Source of the DNA: Fibrobacteria bacterium
GTDB lineage: Bacteria > Fibrobacterota > Fibrobacteria > UBA11236
Assembly: GCA_043732185.1 (NCBI GenBank)
Contig: JAYTHY010000069.1
Coordinates: forward strand, 1 to 12,204
DNA length: 12,204 bases
Direction: 5' to 3'
Shown here: in pieces, positions 1 to 6,910 of the stretch
Layout: each line of letters opens with the position of its first letter
How positions within the stretch are numbered: position 1 is the first letter of the stretch
Position numbers and translations under genes: made by a program
Notes under the pieces: generated by a model
What the model saw: only the letters and a program-made list of their open reading frames with translations
What the model was told of the DNA's origin: nothing
Databases searched by the model: none

Positions 1-3000
1 CCAAGATTGCAATTCCCATCCCGCGGCGGAGTTTTGATAATACTCTCGAAAATAGGTGATGGAACCGATTAAAGGGCTATGAAGACCATAGGGTCGCAAT
101 TGTGCGTCAATGCGAAACAGCTTGCCATGCAATCCCGGTTCGCTAGCCGCCGCGACAAATAGCCGAGCCCAGGCTTCCAGCGCCACCTGTTGAGCACTCT
201 CGATTTTGTCCGCATCATAAAGAAACACGATATCGATATCTGAACTGTAATTGAGTTCATTGCCGCCAAGTTTTCCTAAGGCGATAATAGCCATCGCATG
301 CGCCATAGGATCCGTCCCGGCCTTTACCATGGTCAGCTTGAAAATGGCATGTACCAAAGCATTGGTCAGCTGACTGATTTCCGCGGTAATCCTTTGCAAA
401 GGTTCACCCAGAAAAATATCCCGTAAGCCAATGCGTAAATATTCTCGATTGCGGTAACGACGTAAGTTTTCCAGGGCCAAGTCAAAATTCCGGTCGTCTT
501 CCTCGCTTTCAGCCTCGGCAACCGGAATGTCTATCCAGGTTTTGATTTCGTTTTGAAATTCCGACCACAATTTTGGTTTTTCCAAAGCGCGCGGAGTACC
601 CAGTGCGAGCAGGTATTCCGGCTGTTGCAATAAAATCTGTGTGAGATATTCGCTATGCCCAAAGGCTTTGATCAATATGGCATGCAAATGGGGATGGTTC
701 AACATCTGGCGTATGAAATAATCCGCATCTGGAACAACTTCCAAGAATTCGCCCAAATGCTGTAGTACGCCTACAGGATCCGGACTCGCTCGTAATCGGG
801 ATTCCGACACGACTAAGGCTGCGCACAAAAGGCCTTTTTCCTTAACATTTTTAAACAAAGTGTCGATCAAATTTTGAGGGCTTGCGACTTCATGCACTCC
901 TAGCCGGTCGAGCGCATTGCTTAATTGTTCAGTAGTTGCCGCCGGATCCAGAAAAATTGCTGTCAAAGAAGTTGCGTCGGAATCTAGTTCCGTTGACCCT
1001 TGGAATCGAGAGGCAAATACGGAACGGACCTTTCGCAAGGTTTGCTTAAGGTCCCACGCCATTTGGGAATCGGGTTGGAATCGCGCGGTTGGAAGGTAAC
1101 CCATGCGTTTCGCCAAGGTCTGAAATTCCGGTGTGCTTTGGGCCGGGACCCATAAATCGCGGGAATGTCCATGAACCATGCGTAACGCGTTGATTAGACG
1201 TCGGAGAAAAACATACCCGTGATACAGTTTCTCGAATTCTTCCGGTGATAATATGCCTTCGGCTAGGAGCACTTCCAAGGCCTTTTCCGTATTGGCTTCC
1301 CGTAAAGAGGAGATCCTACGACCGTGTTGCAATTGTAAAAACTGAACGGCATATTCAATTTCCACTAATCCACCAGGGGCATACTTGGCATTGATCAAGC
1401 CAGTGCCATCCGTATTATTATTTGCTTTTAACTCTATTTGCTTAGCACGCAGCAATAAGGTCTTGTCGATGCCAATTTTTCTTTCTCCAAAAACCAAGGC
1501 ATCTCTAGCGCCCATCACTCGCGAGGCAAACCCAGGTGTAGCGGCAATGGGCCTTAGCTTTAGCAGGGCTTGGCTTTCAAACTCCAGTGCGCCGCCATCT
1601 TCTCCATAATAGGCCACCCAACTGTCGACGGTTGTGGCCAGAGGTCCGGCATCACCATGGGGTCGCAAGCGCAGGTCCAGTTCGAAAATACCATCCTTTC
1701 TAGCCACGATAAGGATTCGAATCTCCTGAACCAATAAGGAAAAGAATTCCGCATGGCTAATGGTGTTTGCGGTACCAACCGTTTCGCCTGAATTGCCGTA
1801 GAGCATTTGTAATTCCAGGTCCGAAGCATAGCCAAGTTCACGCCCCCCCAGCTTGCCCTGCGCGAAGAGTCCAAAATGGCAAGGGCTGGCCTGGGACCCT
1901 TCCGAAACCGGTGCCATCGGTTCTCCATAAATACTGCGGAGGTGATCATAGCCGATCCACATGGCGTTTTCCAATATGACATCAGCCAAGTCGCTTAATT
2001 CACCGGAAAATTCTTGCAGGGTTTTGTGCGGATGGATGAGATAAACCACATCCAATCGAAACAATTGCAGGTCCTTGAATCGATTTAAGGTTAAAACCTT
2101 TTCGGGATAGGTGGGTTGTTGTACCAGCTTCAGAGCCAAGATTTTATCCAGCTCTTCACGTGTGGAAAATTTTTGTCTCTCGTCTCTATCGCGCAAAATC
2201 TCGATCAGATCCGGCATCGGAATTTTGATCAATTCTTCCCACAAATAAGGTCCGGCGCTGAGAAGCTTAGCCAATGTGGAGAGGGTGGAAAAATCTTCGA
2301 AGGTCGGTAAGTCCGGCCGTTCATTTGTGTTTTCCATCAGGGTGTTGATGAATGCATTGAAGGTTTGCACAGCGGCCGGGTAATCGGAAGCCTGGGGCAG
2401 GGTAGAGGTAAAACGCTCCATCAAAATAATGGCGACCTTGAGCCGTTCCAAAGTATCGACATTTGCAATAGGGCGACTCTGGCTATCGGTTATATAGATG
2501 CGATCTTCAAAACGATCCGCCTCGGATGTGGTGAGGAGTTTTTGGATGGATACGCCTTGCAGCATGAGGGCATTGCTCAGCGAAAAAAGCAGGGCCTTGT
2601 GGTCCGTGCCACTCACGGTGAGGACGGTTTGTTTGTCGTCATACTCGTAATGGATATCCAGTGGAAGCCGCGATGTTTCCAATTTGGAGGCGTTTCGGCT
2701 TAAATAGTCGCCCATTCGACGGTATAGATCGAGCTGTAATTCTTGAGTCTGCCGGGATTTCAAAAGTTGGATTAAACGGTCCAAGTCGGTGCCGATTTTG
2801 GTTTTCAGCGCGTCAGTCAAGATTCCAGGAATGGCGTGCTGCAGAACCAGATAGTCGAGGATGCGAACCTGTTCTCGACCTGATTTTTCAGCGGTTTCCG
2901 AAAAGTCCGAGCCTTTTGAATAGGTAAATACCTTACCGATGCGAATATCAAAGTCATAGCTGGCAATTAAACCCGTGAGGGCCGCAAAAAAGCCAGGAAG

Positions 3001-3240
3001 GTCCTCGCCGATTATGGTTAACCCACAATTCAAGTCGTCCAGGGGAACAAAATCGAGAGCGAAGGATCCGGGAATTTTTAGGGTCCTGATCTTTTCCAGA
3101 TGGAGAATAATTTCTTGCGGGGTAAACTCGTTAAAATAATCCGAGTCCAAGTATTTCAAATGATCGGCTACCAAGCGGGAGGGCAGGTCCGCTCCCAGCT
3201 GCAAGACCTGGGTTTTCTTTTCGAAGGGAGTTAAAGGCAT
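1..3240 (-). CDS. glnE: Glutamine synthetase adenylyltransferase/deadenylyltransferase (GlnE) with two N-terminal ACT domains; 3' end lies outside the window
   Basis: I translated this frame by hand. ATG at 3240 (MPLTPFEKKTQVLQLG...) is followed by 1080 codons with no stop before the window edge. There are two GlnE NT motifs: QGKLGGRELGYASDLEL (aa ~461-477) with FELDLRLRPHGDAGPLA, and ALGKLGGNELNYSSDIDIVFLY (aa ~987-1008) with FRIDAQLRPYG. A helical-domain motif NAKYAPGGLVEIEYAVQFLQL...GYVFLRRLINALRM is present. The gene lies directly downstream of glnA. Confidence 0.95.
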   Translation of the reverse strand, partial: MPLTPFEKKTQVLQLGADLPSRLVADHLKYLDSDYFNEFTPQEIILHLEKIRTLKIPGSFALDFVPLDDLNCGLTIIGEDLPGFFAALTGLIASYDFDIRIGKVFTYSKGSDFSETAEKSGREQVRILDYLVLQHAIPGILTDALKTKIGTDLDRLIQLLKSRQTQELQLDLYRRMGDYLSRNASKLETSRLPLDIHYEYDDKQTVLTVSGTDHKALLFSLSNALMLQGVSIQKLLTTSEADRFEDRIYITDSQSRPIANVDTLERLKVAIILMERFTSTLPQASDYPAAVQTFNAFINTLMENTNERPDLPTFEDFSTLSTLAKLLSAGPYLWEELIKIPMPDLIEILRDRDERQKFSTREELDKILALKLVQQPTYPEKVLTLNRFKDLQLFRLDVVYLIHPHKTLQEFSGELSDLADVILENAMWIGYDHLRSIYGEPMAPVSEGSQASPCHFGLFAQGKLGGRELGYASDLELQMLYGNSGETVGTANTISHAEFFSLLVQEIRILIVARKDGIFELDLRLRPHGDAGPLATTVDSWVAYYGEDGGALEFESQALLKLRPIAATPGFASRVMGARDALVFGERKIGIDKTLLLRAKQIELKANNNTDGTGLINAKYAPGGLVEIEYAVQFLQLQHGRRISSLREANTEKALEVLLAEGILSPEEFEKLYHGYVFLRRLINALRMVHGHSRDLWVPAQSTPEFQTLAKRMGYLPTARFQPDSQMAWDLKQTLRKVRSVFASRFQGSTELDSDATSLTAIFLDPAATTEQLSNALDRLGVHEVASPQNLIDTLFKNVKEKGLLCAALVVSESRLRASPDPVGVLQHLGEFLEVVPDADYFIRQMLNHPHLHAILIKAFGHSEYLTQILLQQPEYLLALGTPRALEKPKLWSEFQNEIKTWIDIPVAEAESEEDDRNFDLALENLRRYRNREYLRIGLRDIFLGEPLQRITAEISQLTNALVHAIFKLTMVKAGTDPMAHAMAIIALGKLGGNELNYSSDIDIVFLYDADKIESAQQVALEAWARLFVAAASEPGLHGKLFRIDAQLRPYGLHSPLIGSITYFREYYQNSAAGWELQSW

Positions 3241-3262
3241 CGGAGAGTAAAAAAATAGAAAT

Positions 3263-3291
3263 AAAAAAAAGCCTCCCCCTGGGGGGAAGGC
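3263..3291 (-). terminator. Intrinsic (Rho-independent) terminator after glnA
   Basis: The minus strand reads GCCTTCCCC-CCA-GGGGGAGGC-TTTTTTTT: a GC-rich 8-9 bp stem with one G-U pair followed by U8, about 50 nt after the glnA stop. Confidence 0.85.
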
Positions 3292-3341
3292 CGCTACACA
3301 TTTGAGGAAAACCTCGAACTAGAAGTGAAGTGTCCGCGGTT

Positions 3342-4742
3342 TTACCCGTGGTAATACAACTCGAATTCAAAGGGATTCGGGCGCAATTTCATAGGTTCAA
3401 TTTCTGCCGTGCGCTTGTAGGTCATGTAGGACTCGAGCATATCGGCGTCAAATACATCCCCAGCCAATAGCCATTCCTTGTCCTTTTGGAGTTCGGCATG
3501 CGCTTCCTCTAGGTCCTTGCAAGTAGACGGAATATTCTTTAATTCTTCCGGGGGCAACTCATAGATGTTCTTATTAGCCGGTGCACCTGGGTCGATTTGC
3601 TTTTTGATGCCATCGATCATGGCCATCAGCATTGCAGCAAAGGTCAAGTACGGCGAACCCGAGCTGTCTGGGCAACGGAATTCAAACCGACGAGCCTTGT
3701 CACCCTTGACATGCGGAATGCGAATGGAAGCGGATCGATTGGTTGCCGAGTAGGCCAGATTAACGGGCGCTTCATACCCTGGCACCAAACGGCGGTAGCT
3801 GTTAACGCTGGAGTTGGAAAAGGCCTGAATGGACTTGCCGTGTTTGATAATTCCGCCGATGGCCCAAATGGCTTGCTTGCTCATGTTGGCATAGCCGTCG
3901 CCGGCAAAAAGGTTTTTGCCTTCTTTCCAAACTGAGGTATGCACATGCATGCCGCTGCCGTTGTCGCCCCACATGGGCTTGGGCATGAAGGTAGCCGTCT
4001 TGCCGTATTTGGCAGCCGTATTTTTAACTGCATATTTGAGCTTGTGTACTTGATCGGCAGCGGAAATCACGGTTCCGAACTGCACGCCGATTTCACATTG
4101 GGCCGTTGCCACTTCATGATGGTGAATTTCTGGAGTGAGTCCCATCTTGATGAGATTTTGAACCATTTCACTTCGGATATCGAACAAGGTATCCTGTGGC
4201 GAAGTGGGGGCGTATCCGGCCTTAAAGCCAACTTTATGACCAAGGCTGCCTTCGGCGCTGCTGGTCCAGGGGCCTTCGCCTGTTTCAATGACGTACATGC
4301 CCTGACGGGGATCGCTATTGTAGCGGATGCCGTCAAAGATGAAAAATTCGGGTTCTGGACCCATGAAGGCCATATCGCCTATGCCCGTGCTCTTTAGGTA
4401 TGCGAGAGCCTTGGATGCGATGGAGCGTGGGTCGCGATTGTAAGGCTGTCCGGTGCGTGGTTCGATAATGTCGCAGAACATGCCCAAGGTGGGGATGGTG
4501 CGGAACGGATCCACAAAAGCCGAACTGGGGTCGGGTTTCATAATCATATCAGACGCTTCAATTCCCTTCCATCCACGTATGGAGGAACCGTCGAATGCCA
4601 TTCCATCTTTGAACATATCGTCATCGAGGCGGCTTACCGGAAAAGTGAAATGCTGCAAAGAGCCGAACATATCTCCAAACAACAAATCCACAAATTGGAC
4701 GCTGTTTTCTTTGGCTAGTTTAATGACATCGGATGGGGTCAT
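3342..4742 (-). CDS. glnA: Type I glutamine synthetase (GSI-beta), 466 aa
   Basis: Signature motifs FDGSSIRGW, GPEPEFFIFD, HHHEVATAQCE, TATFMPKPMWGDNGSGMHVH, YRRLVPGYEAP, NRSASIRIP and RFEFRCPD. The adenylylation loop NKNIYELPPEE (Tyr394) corresponds to E. coli DKNLYDLPPEE. Purine-rich AGAGGAAAAGAAG lies upstream of the ATG. Confidence 0.99.
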   Translation of the reverse strand: MTPSDVIKLAKENSVQFVDLLFGDMFGSLQHFTFPVSRLDDDMFKDGMAFDGSSIRGWKGIEASDMIMKPDPSSAFVDPFRTIPTLGMFCDIIEPRTGQPYNRDPRSIASKALAYLKSTGIGDMAFMGPEPEFFIFDGIRYNSDPRQGMYVIETGEGPWTSSAEGSLGHKVGFKAGYAPTSPQDTLFDIRSEMVQNLIKMGLTPEIHHHEVATAQCEIGVQFGTVISAADQVHKLKYAVKNTAAKYGKTATFMPKPMWGDNGSGMHVHTSVWKEGKNLFAGDGYANMSKQAIWAIGGIIKHGKSIQAFSNSSVNSYRRLVPGYEAPVNLAYSATNRSASIRIPHVKGDKARRFEFRCPDSSGSPYLTFAAMLMAMIDGIKKQIDPGAPANKNIYELPPEELKNIPSTCKDLEEAHAELQKDKEWLLAGDVFDADMLESYMTYKRTAEIEPMKLRPNPFEFELYYHG

Positions 4743-4852
4743 ATCTTCTTCTTTTCCTCTTGCAAATGGTGGTTCAAAAATAAATTCAGGTCAAATTTTT
4801 CTAGCAGTTTCGGAAAGTAGCAAAAAAGCTTTGGAGGTAATTGATGGACAAC

Positions 4853-4900
4853 AATTGACATTTGTTAACATAAAATTACAAATAGCCATTTTTGTCAAAT
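4853..4900. promoter_or_regulatory. AT-rich dyad element (candidate operator or leader hairpin) in the glnA upstream region
   Basis: ATTTGT-N12-ACAAAT (4860-4883) is nested within inverted TTGACA (4855-4860) and TGTCAA (4893-4898). The latter is a perfect minus-strand -35 hexamer with only a weak -10 (TTTTAT at 17 bp). Confidence 0.4.
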
Positions 4901-4943
4901 TGAATCGCTCCATATCTGGCCTATTTTGCCACTTATAGTCATT

Positions 4944-4961
4944 AAGCGAATCATATGCCAG
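4944..4961 (-). promoter_or_regulatory. Candidate sigma-54 (-24/-12) promoter for glnA
   Basis: Minus strand CTGGCATATGATTCGCTT has exact GG-N10-GC spacing (GG at 4959-4958, GC at 4947-4946). It resembles enterobacterial glnAp2 (TGGCACAGATTTCGCTT) and is correctly oriented upstream of glnA. Confidence 0.65.
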
Positions 4962-4965
4962 GCCA

Positions 4966-5541
4966 CTAAACTCCATCTTTAAAATCCTGAAACAGCTTAC
5001 TTGCCTGGGGAGCCCGTTGCTGGGTGTACTTCCCTTTATAGTAGCTGATTTCACCTTCCGGCATCATGAAGTAGACTTGGCCGATGCGTACGTTAGGGTA
5101 CACCCGAATCGGGTGAACGACTTCGATTTCCAGCGTCCATGTTGGGTATTGGCAAACAAGTTGACCCTCCGCATTCGGTAGATAACCCCAGCCCACATCC
5201 CCAAAACCCGCCGTTATATGGGTGTTAATTCCCAAGCGTCCAATAGAACTTCGGCCTTCAAACATAGGCACAAAGCGATGACTGGTGGCCGTTTCATTGC
5301 TGCATCCCAAGTAGAGTGTTCCGGGTTGGAGAACCAGTCCTTCTTCAGGAATCGTCACCGATAGCGTGGGATTATCCTGCTTCATATCTAAAACGTTTCC
5401 CGCAGGAAGGTCATACACAAGCAGCTTGGGATGGAGTGACACATCGTAGGAATTCGGACCCAGATGAGCGGGAACGAATGGGGAAATATGGATAGCGCCC
5501 AGCTCCATCTGACGCACAATTTCATGACCCGTCAAAACCAT
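4966..5541 (-). CDS. dcd: dCTP deaminase (trimeric dUTPase superfamily), 191 aa
   Basis: Motifs PNSYDVSL, GLVLQPGTLYLG, EGRSSIGRLGINTHITAGFGDVG, WTLEI, PIRVYPNVRIGQVYF and YKGKY. Shine-Dalgarno GGAGGT precedes the ATG. Confidence 0.92.
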   Translation of the reverse strand: MVLTGHEIVRQMELGAIHISPFVPAHLGPNSYDVSLHPKLLVYDLPAGNVLDMKQDNPTLSVTIPEEGLVLQPGTLYLGCSNETATSHRFVPMFEGRSSIGRLGINTHITAGFGDVGWGYLPNAEGQLVCQYPTWTLEIEVVHPIRVYPNVRIGQVYFMMPEGEISYYKGKYTQQRAPQASKLFQDFKDGV

Positions 5542-5624
5542 TTTTACCTCCGTTCGTAAAACTTAAAAATTATAGAGATAGCTTGGGACTTTGCCCAAGG
5601 ACGCTTTGCTTTTAACTTAAGGGC

Positions 5625-6857
5625 ATGAGGATGTTGATGATTGTCATAGGGTTGGCATGGGTCCACTTGTATAGTGGCGTATGCACCTACCTTGAATTTC
5701 AGTTGCCACGGCGGCAAGCGGACACTATTGGAAGGGAATTGCCGTACTACCTCGCTTTTCCTGACAGTGTGGCATTGGTTTCCGTTCACGCATTTCTACA
5801 GGCAACGGACTCACAGGCGAAAGCCATGTTGCAAAAGGTGGACTGGCAGGCGAAGTCGTTAAATAATAAAGAACGTCGGTTTTTAAACGCCATGCGGTAT
5901 TTTGTCGACGGTAAAATTCAGGAAGCAGGGACAGAAATGGCGGCTATTTCGACCCAAGTTCCGACAAAATTACGGTCGCCTTTGTTAATCGATCGCGGGC
6001 TTCTTTTGTTGCTAGGTGGGTTTCCTCTGGATGCAGAAAACACCTGGCGACGAATGCTAAAGGCAGATGCGGAGGGTCAGCCTTGTGCCGAAGGGGCTTG
6101 GCGCAATCTTTACTCGTTTTATTTGGACAGCCATGATTTTAAAAATGCCAACGGCCTTGTGGAACAGGCTTTGAACGTTGCGCCCAAAAATAAATGGGCG
6201 AACTTTGCAAAGGGATTTCTGCTGCGAATGCTGGATCCGGGGGACGGCTGGGAAAACTTTCTAAGGGAAAAATCCTCTTGGCAGGATTCCTTATTTGAAA
6301 TACAAATTGCCTATGGAAAATTTCTTAAAGAAAGGGGCCAACTTTCTGAAGCGGCCAAGTATTACAGCCGAGGATTAGAAGGCTCACCTAAAAATGGTCC
6401 AGGCTGGTTGGATTTAGCTGAAATTTATTATCGGTTGGACTATCTGGTTTTTTCCGAAACTTGCCTTCGGCAATCTTTTCGTTTTGGAATTGCGGATCCT
6501 TACATTTATGAATTATACAGTCGGCTGCTTCAGTCCGGCAACCCGGATGCAGAAGGAGGTGCGGAACGCTGGCAAGCCGCAGAACGGGTTTTGGAAGCGG
6601 GATTTCCTCACGATTTTCAGAGCCGCAGTATGGCACAACTTTTATACCATGTTTACAGCCATAACCGAAAAGTTGACGCAGCTGCAAATCTCCGAGACCA
6701 ATTTTGGTTCCATTTTCAAGGCCCCAGGCGCGTACATCAAATGGCTTTAGTCGGCATGCGGACGCGTGGCAAGCTGCAGTTACATATAGCACTGGACGAA
6801 GTGAGCTTTCCGCTTATTCGGAGTCTAAGTACAACCGATTTTTACGAAGCTTTTTAG
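5625..6857 (+). CDS. Tetratricopeptide-repeat-like protein with hydrophobic N-terminus (likely exported), 410 aa
   Basis: Long ORF with a hydrophobic N-terminus (MRMLMIVIGLAWVHLYSG). TPR-like helical units include AWRNLYSFYLDSHDFKNANGLVEQALNVAPKN and IAYGKFLKERGQLSEAAKYYSRGLEGSPKNGPGWLDLAEIYYRL. Confidence 0.75.
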   Translation: MRMLMIVIGLAWVHLYSGVCTYLEFQLPRRQADTIGRELPYYLAFPDSVALVSVHAFLQATDSQAKAMLQKVDWQAKSLNNKERRFLNAMRYFVDGKIQEAGTEMAAISTQVPTKLRSPLLIDRGLLLLLGGFPLDAENTWRRMLKADAEGQPCAEGAWRNLYSFYLDSHDFKNANGLVEQALNVAPKNKWANFAKGFLLRMLDPGDGWENFLREKSSWQDSLFEIQIAYGKFLKERGQLSEAAKYYSRGLEGSPKNGPGWLDLAEIYYRLDYLVFSETCLRQSFRFGIADPYIYELYSRLLQSGNPDAEGGAERWQAAERVLEAGFPHDFQSRSMAQLLYHVYSHNRKVDAAANLRDQFWFHFQGPRRVHQMALVGMRTRGKLQLHIALDEVSFPLIRSLSTTDFYEAF

Positions 6858-6910
6858 TACATTTGGCCAAGTCGCATTTTGAATCATAAAGTCTGGCGGG
6901 AGGACTTCAC

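Noticed and set aside
69..2927. Nine short ORF-track ORFs (60-140 aa) on both strands
   Set aside because: All lie within the uninterrupted glnE frame, which the track missed because its stop is outside the window. They have no recognisable motifs.
3131..3370. 79-aa minus-strand ORF between glnA and glnE (possible leader or small protein)
   Set aside because: It overlaps both genes out of frame and runs through the terminator. Its hydrophobic stretch is simply the translated U-tract.
4917..4931. TGGCCTATTTTGCCA as a second sigma-54 promoter
   Set aside because: GG-to-GC spacing is 8 nt on both strands rather than the required 10. It remains only a short TGGC/GCCA dyad.
4743..4934. Glutamine riboswitch in the glnA leader
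   Set aside because: I could not recognise the conserved features by eye. An Rfam/Infernal search would be needed.
3565..4938. Antisense and alternate-frame ORFs over glnA (62-161 aa)
   Set aside because: These are typical shadow ORFs of a codon-biased, highly expressed gene, with no RBS or motif support.
4791..5054. 87-aa ORF spanning the dcd end and the glnA leader
   Set aside because: It starts inside dcd, crosses promoter-like elements and has no recognisable protein features.
4966..5541. dcd as a sign of a prophage or an anti-phage dCTP-depletion system
   Set aside because: It has the housekeeping trimeric dUTPase-type fold rather than the kinase plus zinc-deaminase defence type. No phage or mobility genes are nearby.
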